NCBI GenBank assembly: GCA_030141605.1
Contig: JAQGDQ010000322.1
Span: 186,001-250,000, forward strand
Origin: Tubiluchus corallicola
Taxonomy: Eukaryota > Animalia > Priapulida
Length of the DNA stretch: 64,000 nt
Direction of reading: 5' to 3'
Positions 51,101 through 63,439 of the stretch are shown here, in pieces. Under the pieces are notes generated by a model. That model worked only from the letters and a program-made list of their open reading frames with translations. It ran no database searches and was not told where the DNA came from. The position numbers were made by a program, and so were the translations under genes. The number at the start of each line of letters is the position of its first letter. Positions within the stretch are counted from its first letter, which is position 1.

Positions 51101-53122
51101 GTAAAAAATGGTGTAAATGTCTTTGCTGCTTAAATTTATCTATGCGTTTCGTTATGAATAGAAATTATTGATGTATTTATTCAGGTGTTAATGGAGATTA
51201 CTTGCTGACGAGTTCGTATGATAACACAGCAAAGGTAAGAATCGTTTTTCCCACGATGTTTGTAAAAATTTCTTCTTTGTAATCATATCGTATGTAGTTG
51301 GTTATTTTTTCTTTATTTTTATCGATTTTTGTCTAATATTACTAAATTATTACACTCTTGGGATGAGGGGAATAATAATAAATGGTCCCAGCATGTGCAA
51401 GGCAGCCAAAGTTAGGCAATATCAAGCCTGGTTGGTAGACGTAAAGGTGACCTCCAGCAAACATTTTTCTAAGCAGCTTCTTCTGCTATACTGTCCGACC
51501 AAGTGAGGTTGTACTGTATGCTATTAAGCACGGCTAAGAATCGTCTACGCTTTAAACTGAAATATTATCCTTAACTCCTTCAGGACTGCACAGTTCAAAC
51601 CTATAACTTTTCTGCTACTGTATGAGTACAGACATAACTAAATAATTACATATTAAGCACTGTTTTATTCAGGAGAATCTGTTATCCATTCGTGCTATTT
51701 GTTTAAACATTTATAAGTGATTTAATTGGATAAAATTAAGAAAAAGACGATCTCTTCACGCACTCCAACTTAGCCTATCTAGTGGCTTAGTCTGGTGTAC
51801 ACTTGCGTGATCGTACACACTATTTTATTGATTACCTGCTTCCCACAGCCCAAGAGAACTGTCTCCTGTACAGAGTTCCAGGAAAAACCAATCGTTCAGC
51901 CAAGGAGAAATTAAGGTTGTTTTATTTTTAACAGGAACTTCTCTTTAAAAATAGAGTAGACTTGAGTCCAAAGTTTGTTGTGTCTGGATAGTTGAAATTT
52001 TCTGCATTAGTGACTTCACACAAGTGATACTGTACTTTGTTACAGTGTAAACACTGCAGTTACTGAAAGCTTTTTTCAATTCTTTTTATCAAAAATCGAT
52101 TTTCAATATGTCTAAGAAAATGCACTTCATAAATAATTTTGCATGAAAATCCCTTGTGTGAGGAGTAGAAACCTACAAAAATTACGAAATATAATGTAAT
52201 TGCTGCTTAGTGAGAGCAGTTTTTCATGAACCAGTGCAAAATGTAGCAAATGCTTACAGTCCTGAAAGAGTTAACAATGAGTTAAAGTCCAGTCTTCTAC
52301 AACTATTGAATGAGTCCCCATTGTTGAGTACTGGTTCATGGCTTCGTGGTGTTGACTGAATGAGTCCCCATTGTTGAGTACTGGTTCATGGCTTCGTGGT
52401 GTTGCCTGAACGAGTCCCCATTGTTGAGTACTGGTTCATGGTGTTGCCTGAATGAGTCCCCATTGTTGAGTACTGGTTCATGGCTTCGTGGTGTTGCCTG
52501 AATGAGTCCCCATTGTTGAGTACTGGTTCATGGCTTCGTGGTGTTGCCTGAACGAGTCCCCATTGTTGAGTACTGGTTCATGGCTTCGTGGTGTTGCCTG
52601 AATGAGTCCCCATTGTTGAGTACTGGTTCATGGCTTCGTGGTGTTGCCTGAATGAGTCCCCATTGTTGAGTACTAGTTCATGGCTTCTTGGTGTTGCCTG
52701 AATGAGTCACCATTGTCGAGTACTGGTTCATGGCTTCGTGGTGTTGCCTGAATGTGTCCCCATTGTTGAGTACTAGTTCATGGCTTCTTGGTGTTGCCTT
52801 ACTAAATTCTCTTATAGAGCAACGGACTGCATGAGTTTTTCACTCTGCTGTTCATTCTATTCTATTTTTTGTTTCAAATTCTTTTGCATTTGCTTAAGTA
52901 GCTGTAGATTTCTTTTGTTTTGTCTTGTAAATTTGTTTTCTAACTGGCATTTTAGAGTTTTGTGATTCCTGATTTTAGATTTGGTCACATCCTGGTTGGT
53001 CACCATTGAAGACCTTAGCTGGACATGAAGGGAAGGTCATGTATGCAGATATATCACCTGACAATAAATACATTGTCACGTCATCGTACGATAGAACGTT
53101 TAAGCTGTGGGCTCACGAGTGA
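30798..53122 (+). CDS. PRPF4: U4/U6 snRNP protein Prp4 (PRP4 motif plus WD40 repeats), 11 coding exons
   Basis: Exons 30798-30981, 32572-32648, 32997-33069, 37224-37431, 39865-40047, 40840-41022, 44006-44221, 45560-45667, 50227-50345, 51185-51234, 52979-53122; phases are consistent. Motifs [70 protein letters not shown]. Confidence 0.97.
31878..32160. mobile_element. LINE 3' fragment with inverted duplication
   Basis: [22 protein letters not shown] is encoded on both strands; the plus copy continues [22 protein letters not shown]. Confidence 0.7.
32661..32785. repeat. (CT)n/(CA)n microsatellite
   Basis: Seen directly. Confidence 0.9.
33197..36708. repeat. 63-bp minisatellite (~55 copies) in PRPF4 intron 3
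   Basis: Unit GGAAAGAACAAGTCACTCAGTATGTTGGGTTTATTTTACTGTTGTCACTTAAACTGTTTGTGGTGTGCTAGA; explains the repetitive ORFs at 33104-36581. Confidence 0.98.
36762..37110. mobile_element. Short copy of the element at 10955-11680, lacking the tandem expansion
   Basis: Colinear similarity with only ~2 diverged internal units. Confidence 0.7.
37847..39447. mobile_element. Tc1/mariner (pogo/Tigger-like) non-autonomous element with internal ~85-bp tandem array
   Basis: TA|CAGTTGACACCATTTATTA ... TAATAAATGGTGTCTACTG|TA TIRs; subterminal inverted match CGCTCCTATTCAAATA / TATTTGAATAGGAGCG. Confidence 0.85.
38138..39170. repeat. 85-86-bp tandem repeat (~12 copies)
   Basis: Unit AACCACTGGTCAAGTGATTACATGTTTAGCTTCCAGAAACAATGAGGTTAA...GACAGATTCAAAGCA. 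Confidence 0.95.
39437..39812. repeat. 17-bp tandem repeat (~22 copies)
   Basis: Unit GTGTCTACTGTACTATT. Confidence 0.97.
41110..41790. mobile_element. Kolobok-like MITE (TTAA-type ends)
   Basis: Left TAAAGGAGAAGAAAA, right TTTTGTTGTACTTTAA; related copies at 20900-21887, 23860-23970 and 42385-42952. Superfamily assignment is inferred from the termini. Confidence 0.55.
43107..43569. mobile_element. hAT-like MITE
   Basis: Perfect 13-bp TIR CAGGGATGAGAAT ... ATTCTCATCCCTG. Confidence 0.8.
44982..45530. repeat. Polypurine (GA/GGA)-rich simple repeat, ~550 bp
   Basis: Almost pure A/G on the plus strand. Confidence 0.97.
46476..50013. repeat. 64-bp minisatellite (~55 copies) in PRPF4 intron 8
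   Basis: Unit GCTGATCACTCACACGTGATGACACAGTTAACTGCTTGCATTATTCAGTAGTGTCTTTTCCTTT. Confidence 0.98.
51575..52270. mobile_element. piggyBac-like MITE
   Basis: TTAA|CTCCTTCAGGACTG ... CAGTCCTGAAAGAG|TTAA: TIR plus TTAA duplication. Confidence 0.8.
52307..52799. repeat. 50-bp tandem repeat (~10 copies)
   Basis: Unit TGAATGAGTCCCCATTGTTGAGTACTGGTTCATGGCTTCGTGGTGTTGCC. Confidence 0.96.
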
Positions 53123-53142
53123 AACATGACAGAACATTTGAA

Positions 53143-54665
53143 GCGTCCAGCATGATCAGTGGAATAGCTTTGCCAGTGAGTGTCCAGCATGGTCAGTGGA
53201 ACAGCTTTGCCAGTGAACGTCCAGCATGATCAGTGGAATAGCTTTGTCAGTGAGTGTCCAGCATGGTCAGTGGAACAGCTTTGCCAGTGAGCGTACAGCA
53301 TGGTCAGTGGAATAGCTTTGTCAGTGAGTGTCCAGCATGGTCAGTGGAATAGCTTTGTCAGTGAGCATCCAGCATGATCAGTGGAATAGCTTTGTCAGTG
53401 AGTGTCCAGCATGGTCAGTGGAATAGCTTTGTCAGTGAGCATCCAGCATGGTCAGTGGAATAGCATTGTCAGTGAGTGTCCAGCATGGTCAGTGGAATAG
53501 CTTTGTCAGTGAGCATCCAGCATGGTCAGTGGAATAGCATTGTCAGTGAGTGTCCAGCATGGTCAGTGGAATAGCTTTGTCAGTGAGCGTCCAGCATGAT
53601 CAGTGGAACAGCTTTGTCAGTGAGTGTCCAGCATGGTCAGTGGAATAGCTTTGTCTGCGAGCGTCCAGCATGGTCAGTGGAATAGCTTTATGAGCGAGAG
53701 GCCAGCATGGTCAGTGGAATAGCTTTGTCAGTGAGCGTCCAGCATGGTCAATGGAACAGCTTTGCCAGTGAGCGTCCAGCATGGTCAATGGAACAGCTTT
53801 GCCAGTGAGCGTCCAGCATGGTCAGTGGAACAGCTTTGCCATTGAGCGTCCAGCATGGTCAGTGGAATAGCTTTCTCAGTGAGCGTCCAGCATGGTCAGT
53901 GGAACAGCTTTGCCATTGAGCGTCCAGCATGGTCAGTGGAATAGCTTTCTCAATGAGCGTCCAGCATGGTCAGTGGAATAGCTTTCTCAATGAGCATCCA
54001 GCATGGTCAGTGGAATAGCTTTCTCAATGAGCGTCCAGCATGGTCAGTGGAATAGCTTTCTCAATGAGCATCCAGCATGGTCAGTGGAATAGCTTTCTCA
54101 ATGAGTATCCAGCATGGTCAGTGGAACAGCTTTCTCAATGAGCATACAGCATGGTCAGTGGAATAGCTTTCTCAATGAGTATCCAGCATGGTCAGTGGAA
54201 CAGCTTTCTCAATGAGCATCCAGCATGGTCAGTGGAATAGCTTTCTCAATGAGTATCCAGCATGGTCAGTGGAACAGCTTTCTCAATGAGCATACAGCAT
54301 GGTCAGTGGAATAGCTTTCTCAATGAGTATCCAGCATGGTCAGTGGAACAGCTTTCTCAATGAGCATACAGCATGGTCAGTGGAATAGCTTTCTCAATGA
54401 GCATCCAGCATGATCAGTGGAACAACTTTTTCAATGAGCGTCCAGCATGGTCAGTGGAACAGCTTTCTCAATGAGCGTCCAGCATGGTCAGTGGAACAGC
54501 TTTCTCAATGAGCATCCAGCATGGTCAGTGGAACAGCTTTCTCAATGAGCATCCAGCATGGTCAGTGGAACAGCTTTGCCATTGAGCGTCCAGCATGGTC
54601 AGTGGAATAGCTTTCTCAATGAGCGTCCAGCATGGTCAGTGGAATAGCTTTCTCAATGAGCATCC
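53143..54665. repeat. 37-bp minisatellite (~41 copies) just after the PRPF4 stop codon
   Basis: Unit GCGTCCAGCATGGTCAGTGGAATAGCTTTGTCAGTGA. Confidence 0.97.
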
Positions 54666-54687
54666 TCATTCTTCGTCAGGTCCACTT

Positions 54688-54960
54688 TTCTCAAGCAGGT
54701 CGTACTAAAGACCGGCACCCGTTCACACCGAGCATTCTGAGTATATCCGAGTGCATATAAGTTGAGTGTGCGTAATTTCACAAGCAGGTCGTACTAAAGA
54801 CCGGCACCCGTTCACACCGAGCATTCTGAGTATATCCGAGTGCATATAAGTTGAGTGTGCGTAATTTCTCAAGCAAGTCGTACTAAAGACCTGCACCCGT
54901 TCACACCGAGCATTCTGACTATATCCAAGTGCATATAAGTTGAGTGTGTGTAATTTCACA
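54688..54960. repeat. 89-bp tandem repeat (3 copies)
   Basis: CAAGCAGGTCGTACTAAAGACCGGCACCCGTTCACACCGAGCATTCTG... repeated three times. Confidence 0.93.
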
Positions 54961-55089
54961 GTGCTTAGTGGCTTTTTTAAACATTTTCAATGTATCACTT
55001 CTCTTATCTGTCTACCTTTTCTTATTTCTTATTAAATTTCAGGATTTGCAACTGAACAGGTATTAGCTGTCAACTTCACAACTTATTTG

Positions 55090-55261
55090 TGTAATTCTGC
55101 ATAGTTAAGTGTTAGTCTTAAATTGTAATTGTGCATAGTTAAATGTTAGTTTTAAATTGTAATTCTGTGTGGTTAAATGTTAGTTTTAAATTGTAATTCT
55201 GCATAGTTAAGTGTTAGTTTTAAATTGTAATTGTGCATAGGTAAATGTTAGTCTTAAATTA
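55090..55261. repeat. ~35-bp AT-rich tandem repeat (~5 copies)
   Basis: TGTAATTCTGCATAGTTAAGTGTTAGTCTTAAAT variants. Confidence 0.85.
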
Positions 55262-56369
55262 TTCATATTTCAACTAGAATCATCAATAGCTACTTGCAAA
55301 ATCATCCAATTCTAATTTTGTATACTCAGGATAAATTATTGCTTTAACTATTTGTGCTGCATGTCTAGGTTCATCATAGTAAAGCAGTCTGTTGTATCTT
55401 GTACGACTCCCGGTAGATTACCAAGTCAAAATACTTGTTCTGTGTAGTGTGTTTTATTCAAAATGTTGTGCACGTATATAAGCTTAATGGGGACACGGGG
55501 GAATAGAAAACTTTAGTAGGAATTTATGCTGTCAGGTTTGCTTTCTGTGTTTGTCAAATAATAACAGATGTTGAACTTTATTTTAATATAAAAACAGGCA
55601 AAGTAATTACTTGGTACGTAAAATCATAAGTCGTGTCTTTCCCCTTATATTAAACTTTGAATTTCCTTAGCTACTACAATGTGTGATAGGTGTAATAAAC
55701 ATTTTCTAGAACTGAACGTTATATAAGCTGGAAGAAATTTGATTCTTTAATTTTAGTCCTTAAACTGTTTGTTAAACATTTGTTTGAATGTTTATATGTT
55801 GGCTAGATGAATAAATCCTGAAATCTAATAATAACAATGATAACAATAACAATAATAATAACAATATGCTCTCAAACAATTACCATCTGCTGGGCACTTT
55901 TTACTCAAGTGATGAATATAATCGAGTTGTCACCGTGCAAGGTTAGCAACGGAAGTTAAGCAACGCTGGGCCTGTTAAGTGGATCGATAACCAAACTACC
56001 CTCTGGCTATTTATTACCTTGTTTAGAAAGGTTACGCACATCTGAATGTGGCTAAGACACTTCTACTTGTTCAATGTCTCATTTTAGAAGATTAACCTCA
56101 ACAAATTTCTGTTGTTTGTTTGTTGTTGCGTCGTTCATTAATGTCCTGCATGGTCCAACTGGTATGCTATTAGCTTGTATCGCAAAGATTTCTGGTTCAA
56201 ATTCGCGACGTTACAAAAGCAGATTCGCAAAAATACAAATACCACTACAGTAGTTGAAATGTAATTTTATATAATAGGCAACTGGAAACTGTATACACCA
56301 TACAGACCTGATATAAACAGTCGTGTCATAAACAATGTAGGTAAAATTGCTACGGAAAATTTCTTCAAG

Positions 56370-56630
56370 AAAACTATTCAACAAGCAAAGCAGACTGATG
56401 AACTTCAAACTAAACTCTTTCTCAAGAAAAGTGATAAACATATGGAACGACCTACTACGGGAAGCCATAGATGCTAGGAGCTTAAACTTATTCAAAAAGC
56501 AAAGCAGACCGAACCTGTAACTAAAGTCTTTTTCAAGGAAAGTGATAAATATGTGGAACGAGCTACCACAGGCGGCCATAGATGCTAAGAGCTTAAACTG
56601 TTTTAAAGGAAAAATAGACAAATCCATGTA
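56370..56630 (+). mobile_element. CR1-like LINE 3' fragment, tandemly duplicated
   Basis: FSRKVINIWNDLLREAIDARSLNLFK and FSRKVINMWNELPQAAIDAKSLNCFKGKIDK. Confidence 0.7.
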
Positions 56631-57988
56631 GTGTCATCTCAGACACTCGTACATGTAAACACCAATAAAAAAGCATCTCATTTTTGTGTAAGGGAAATTC
56701 TATCTTTAGCGTGATATGAAGTGTTTGCAGAATAAAGTTTCGACGTTAAAGAAAAGCCAGAAGACAAAGGTATCGCGTATTGCAAGTACCTGCCGAGAAC
56801 TAAAAACATGTTTGCTCTTGAAATGTGGGATTTTAATATAGCTAGACCGAAAGTTTTTTGTATCTAAAAAGTTTTCAAAAAGCATATTATTAAAAATTAG
56901 TGTTCTGTTGATCTTCACTGTAGTTCTTAGCTAGAGATAAAATAAATGCAAAGAACAATTGATTCAAACATCATGATGCAAATACTTACTTACAATAATG
57001 TTTCAATAACGCGCATATTGAATTACAGTAACAATACAAAAAGGTTAGACGTTACATTGATTTCACAATTATGCTTGTTAGTATATACTTAATCTGTGCA
57101 CAGTTACGTAGGCCTACTGTATAAGTACTTTAGAGGACCTCTGTAAGGGTAACCTCTACGGAAAAAAACTGATCCTAGCAATTCAAGGACCAGACAGTTT
57201 TTTTCCGAGGCATCTCTATACCCTGCCTACGCTTTTATAAAATCGTATGCATTTAGGCGATGGTATATTCATATTAGTTCATCTGGTTAATGACGAGTGA
57301 AAGTTACGATTCACTTGGCTTTAAAGTTATTCATTATACAATTAAACTACAGAAAACTGCGTACTTACTATATACACAACGCTTCGTAACTAACCTTAAC
57401 AAATTACAGTGGAATAAATCTAGTCTTAACTGTATATATAGAATAATTGCTCTATTGGAAATGCGTTTTCGACAATACTATGAAGTAATTATCAGGCAAT
57501 GATTTTGATGAAAACTTTTAGCCCTAATTTAATTTTGATTGTAATACAAGTGTGACAGCGAATGCAGCAGTTTAATTATTAAACTCGACAACATTTTAAT
57601 GTGACGTTTATTGATTGGCAAGTCAAACAGTAGTAGATTGAAATGACGTTAATAAGTTTACCAGGGAAAACAGATTGTCTCGTCAAATTACCCTGAAATA
57701 AAAGTTGATATGTTGACCGCACGTTTGCACCTTTATTATTTACACGCCGGGTGTTGAATAATTGATTCATCTGCAAATGTTAGCTAAAATTGCTGTCGAG
57801 AACTCGCAACATCTCTGGCTTCTCTCGCTCAATGGCTGAATTTATCCCATATTGATCTGCCTCTCTCTACAGTTTCATGACAAGCCTGGCGGCGGTAAGC
57901 GACGATATTTTCGACACAAACACGCGAAAACGGAAAGAGATGCTCGCTCGGCTGAAGAGGTGCCCATAATCTTCGCAAGAATCCACCA

Positions 57989-58118
57989 ATGTCGGCGCAG
58001 GAGGGTATTGAGGAGATACCGATCCCCAACGTCCCTTCCAAGAACCATCAGCTGGAGAGCAATACCATGGGCGAACAGGTGCAGACCAATGACAATGCTG
58101 GAGTCATTGTTTATGGAG
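57989..58118 (+). CDS. Probable first coding exon of an unidentified gene (MSAQEGIEEIPIPNVPSK...VIVYG)
   Basis: GC-richer island bounded by acceptor ctctctctacag| (57872) and donor GGAG|gtaacg (58118). No homology recognised, downstream exons not found, frame uncertain. Confidence 0.45.
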
Positions 58119-59277
58119 GTAACGACTTTCTAGCTATTATTGCAGATACATTTTCAAATAGAATAGCATTACTATACATTATTATTGCTATTCTGTATGT
58201 ATTACATTGTTTAAATTAGTAATAAGATTAATTGTTTGGCTTCAGTAATGAAGACAACGACTAGACTGCGTATGAAGCCTAGTTTTGAACTAATTAGCTA
58301 TAAACGCAAATAGTGCCATAAAATGAATTGCTATTGAGCGGATGTTTACTCTGCGGATTAATATTTTATTAATATTGACTTCTGAGCTGCAATTACGTTT
58401 ATCGTCGTGAGCTCAATGCCCGCAGACCATAGACATGTCATGCCCGGGAACCATAGACACGAGCATTTCATAGCTACGTTACGTTTAAAACGCGCAAATG
58501 AATACTGATTGTAATTAGCAAGGTATAGCTGAACTTTTATTTAAAAGATGAACATCTTAGAGAACGATACTCATTAAAAAAGACAACAATTAATGTAACT
58601 GAATAATACGGAGTATTATTGAGTATTATACGGAGTATTAATAATTGAATAATCTACATTACGGAGGTACTTAAAATGCGATACAGCTGGGTCATGAACC
58701 CAGCACCTTGTGATTACAGATTGCACGCTCAACCATTGGCATGCAGTTAAAAACACTTTATTGAAACGAACATAGCGTATAGCTTATTAAGTGAAAATAT
58801 GTAGTTCATCACAAGATTTGTGTAATACAAGCTTACAGTGTAGTTTCGTTTGTTTATATTGTAATTATAATAAATCCTTTTATTTAGCAAGTGCAAGTCT
58901 CCCTTATAAGCTGCGTTGCAGTGTAGAGCATGGCACTTTTATGCTATTTCAAAATGGAAGCTTCAACTAGCCAATTATCGATTATTTGAATGTAGCTAGA
59001 AATAAAAAATATAATTATGGTGGCAGTATACCATTAATAATGTGCTTAAAGTATTGTTTGCAGTAATGTAAACAAAACTCGTATCTGAGAAATAAGAATA
59101 AAATTTAATTATGACACGGAGCACGGATATGGCTGTGGATAGAGCTTTGGGTATAGATATTATGGTGCGACGTCTTTCGGGAAGAAGTACATCCATGAAG
59201 TGGTTATTATGAAGTTCAGGAGAGACCGGGAGTTAGCAGTGATAAACAGTTGTACACAATGGCACCGTAACAATGAA

Positions 59278-59654
59278 CAGGGCCTATTTCAGCCTAAGCG
59301 AGGTCCGGGGAAGTGGGGGAGCCACCATGGTAGGCGCCCAGAAAATTTTTTGAACTGCTAGAACGCCGGAGAAGCATTTTCAAAGAGAAAATATGGAGTT
59401 ATACAGTTGTTAAAGGAAAGAACAATTGAAAGAAAAACTGCTTTATTCTGAAGACCAGTTCTTAATACTTGTCAAATAGTCAAATCAAAAACAACATCTT
59501 TGCAATATGTAATACCGTACTCTCACTTCCATACAAGCTGGTGTTAGAAATTCCGAAATTGAAAACAGCTGAACATCGGTACCGAGCCGCACAAGGCAAA
59601 CGGCGCGCGTGGGGCAAGAGAGAGAGAGAGGGAGGGAGGGAGGGTGGGAGGGAA

Positions 59655-59712
<58 letters not shown>

Positions 59713-59820
59713 CGAGAAGAGGCAGTATGTTCGCATAAAGCAAAAAAAAAAGTTACCTCGGCGGCCCCCCTGGAGGGTGAGGCCCCGGGGAAGTATCCCC
59801 CCCCTTGAAATATGGGCCTG
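59278..59820. mobile_element. hAT-like MITE containing a (GA)n tract
   Basis: Ends CAGGGCCTATTTCA / TGAAATATGGGCCTG; 8-bp flanks ACAATGAA and ACCATGAG (6/8 match, decayed TSD). Confidence 0.6.
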
Positions 59821-61105
59821 ACCATGAGACAAGTCTAGGCTGTAACTGTATAAGAATTTTGTAACTGAACGCACGTTGTCATCAGAACCGTGTATTCCTC
59901 TCGAGAACAATACAGTACATTCTTGCTATTCCTCTGGAGAACAATACAGTACATTCTTGCTATTCCTCTGGAGAACAATACAGTACATTCTTGCTATGCC
60001 TTTTATGCCCATAGCAGTGCAATACAATAGACCTAGAAGCCCGTGTTATTAGATTATTCTCAGTATGAAAGAATTTCAATTTCTTTTACTGGGGAAAACC
60101 TAGATACTAGGTATAAGATTGCAAACTATGCAGAAACTTATTAGTGATTAGTAATAAAATTTGCCATGCGCTAATACTAGTAAAAATTATTACGAAATCG
60201 AAAAGGAAAGGCTGATCAAGAACTTGACGAAAGTGTGGAACATTTACCACATAAAGTTATAAACTAAAACATTACATTCAAGCGGTTTCTCTAGGTAGGT
60301 AGTTGATTAATGACGAATCTATCTTACAGACTTCAAATTTATTATATACGTGTATAAGGAAGGATGGTCAAGTTGGTACAAAAAACACACAACGTGGAGT
60401 TCAATTTATTAACACACCACAAACAATTGTAATCAGACATTCTAGACCATCTAACATGACTCAGTTAATTTACGTTGAAAATTGTAAAAATAGTTTAAAA
60501 TTATACAAAAGCTGCACAACTAGTTCTTGTACAAAATGGGATATTCGATCAAAAAAAGGGGGCAGCAACCATGAAATTGTACGAACTTCTGCTCGCAATC
60601 ACACGAATCCACTATATACGTTTTTTACTTTCATACTTTGTGTGTTTAAAGAGTGAGATAAGTTATACCAGGAAAAATCCCAGTTGAGAATCACATATGC
60701 ACGTACTGTTCAAGAAAAGAAATCGAAGGCGGACTATTGCCTAAAATGTCCATATTACGATAATCTTAGAGGAAAATTATCACATCGGTACTAACTTTTA
60801 GCTTTTAGCTCAGCAGCAACCAGTTGCGTATTACAATTGCTCCCTTGATAAATAATTATCAGCAATTTTTTTCATTTTGTTTACTATTGTGTGGTTGTAC
60901 TCACGATGTATGTAATTGTAAGGGTGTTTTTTTCTAATAAAAATCGATGCAATTGTACCAGGATTTTTTCTTTATGAACGATGCTGATAAATTTTTATTC
61001 TTGATGGGAAGTCATGATTTAGAAGTAATTAAGCCACTTATTGATTATGTTGAAAAAGCGTTTTTAACTAAGACATGATGATCAAAACCATTAAAAATGA
61101 AGCCA

Positions 61106-61173
61106 TATATGTATATATATATATATATACAGATGGATAGATAGATAGGTAGGTAGGTGGGTGGGTGGTTCGG

Positions 61174-61226
<53 letters not shown>

Positions 61227-61420
61227 GGATAGATGGATGGATGGATGGATGGATGGATGGATGGATGGATGGATGGATGGATGGATGGATGGATGGATGG
61301 ATGGATGGATGGATGGATGGATGGATGGATGGATGGATGGATGGATGGATGGATGGATGGATGGATGGATGGATAGATAGACAGACAGACAGACAGATAG
61401 ATAGATAGACAGATAGATAT
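61106..61420. repeat. Compound (TA)n(GATA)n(GGAT)n(GACA)n microsatellite
   Basis: Seen directly. Confidence 0.97.
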
Positions 61421-63264
61421 TAGAATATTATGCATATATCAATAATTGTTTGTTTCTAATGTTGATATAATGTTATTTCATTATTGAAATTGCATGTATG
61501 ACTTGTTTTGCATCTGTTTCTGCTGCTAACAAATAAATAAATATGTTCCTTTTCGTAAATTTATTCACAACGATGTTGCACACGGACGTACAGCGATGTT
61601 GCACACGGACGTAAATGCACAACAATCACTGTCACATTGTATTACCGAATTTCTGAAGTAGCTTCTCTTTTCAGAATGACATTTTGGTTATTAAGTTGTA
61701 ACTTCAATCCACGGAAAATACTGCATTGTAATTAACTGTAGGATGCGTTTCTACAAAACACTTTGTTTGAAACAGATTAACTTCTATTCTGCTGCATTTT
61801 TGTACGGCTTCATACAATTTCAGTGAAAAGCATCAACTCTTTGACGCTTGCAACAAAGTCAGCAATCAATGATATATTACGTCATGAAGTCGTGCGCTAC
61901 ATGTTTCTACGACCAATAAATTTGGGTAAATAAATGTGTCGAAACAAACAATTTTAATCTACATAAAAGCTTTTGGTTTGTTTTGTAACTTTTGATCCTT
62001 TCTGCTCCATTTTGCGCAATGTTCCTAAATACAGAAATAAGTGACTTGACTACTATGATGATTAGGATTGAGCATTCTCTACAAGAAAGCAAATTCGAAT
62101 CGAATTTGTGACTTTTGAATTCGAATTGAACCGAATTTCAGTTTCTCAAATCCAAATATAATTTGAATTGAGTTTCAAAGATTTTCGAACGAGTTTTCGA
62201 ACCACTAGTAAAATGTGGTCTTACAAAGATCTTGCATATTAATTAATTTTGTTCTGCAGTAAAGCCGCTATTAGTTTGTTGAAAAAATTTGCACTCACTG
62301 CAGCTAAACTGTACTAACTGCATGATGTTTCAATCATTTTAATGATAAACAGCAAATGTGGCTAAAGTGCTGAATCATTCGAACCTATAATTTTAGGTCT
62401 GAATCGAATTCGAAGCAAAAAGACTCATTCGAATCGAATTCGAACGTTCGATGCCCACCCGTAATGATGATGCACCTATATTAAACGCACCAAATGACAT
62501 TATAAACACAGTAATTATTAGGCAACAATAATTATAGTTTTAGTTTTAAACGGAACATTGAAATGAGCATCTGCATTGTTGGGCAGACGGTTTGTTTGGT
62601 TTGTTAATTCTCCGCTGTGTGTCGCGTCGTCCAACATGCCCAGTGGTCTTCGGTGGTTGCGAAGGTGAAGAAGCAGACGCTGCGTCCCCTGCTGAAAATT
62701 CGTTAGGACGAAACAGTGTTATAAAATTTTGCAGATGACGATTACAACAATGACAAAAACAACAGCAACAGCGACAATAACGATGAGATCAATAACAGGA
62801 CAAAATTGCACATCCTCATGATTCTACAAAAATCCAAACGATATTTGTGACCGGAAAACTTCAGTCACTAAGCTAAATTAAATGGCCGCTAAACTTAACA
62901 GGCCTGCGAAAAAATGAATACTTGCATTATAGCTATTCTTCTTAATTCGACATTTTGTCGTTTCTATTCATTCTCACAGACTGACACAGTAAATATTCCT
63001 GCAATTCAGCGCTTGTCAACATGAGCTTCAGGCAGGTAATGTTCATTATGCTGATAAACAATCTGTTAATTGTTCAGGTGATCCAGGTAAACAGAACTAC
63101 GCTAAACAAACAGCATGGCGTTTATTGCTGCATGTTCACTTGTCATTTTCCTGAACAAAAACAAAACTCATATTCCTGAACGTGAAACTTTAGCTATAGA
63201 ATAACATGATGCATCACCCCATATTATCAGTTTAATCGTGTCTCTTTTGTTGTTGTTGTTGTTG

Positions 63265-63301
<37 letters not shown>

Positions 63302-63439
63302 GAGTTTATTTCGTATAAAAATATACAGTTTACAAAGATAAAGATGTTAGTAAAACAGGTAATGCGATATTAGTAAAGTAACATATAGTAAAGTACAGAC
63401 ATTGAACTTTATGATAACCACACATTGTAGGTCCCTTGT

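Noticed and set aside
58680-58745. tRNA-like sequence on the minus strand (similar case at ~56150-56210)
   Set aside because: Only a B-box-like remnant with no full cloverleaf; at most a decayed tRNA-SINE head.
62590-63150. Possible exons, including a minus-strand hydrophobic stretch (IVIVAVAVVFVIVVIVICKIL*) and a plus-strand AG..GT segment at ~62980-63035
   Set aside because: The hydrophobic run derives from a degenerate (AAC)n repeat; I could not build a consistent gene model.
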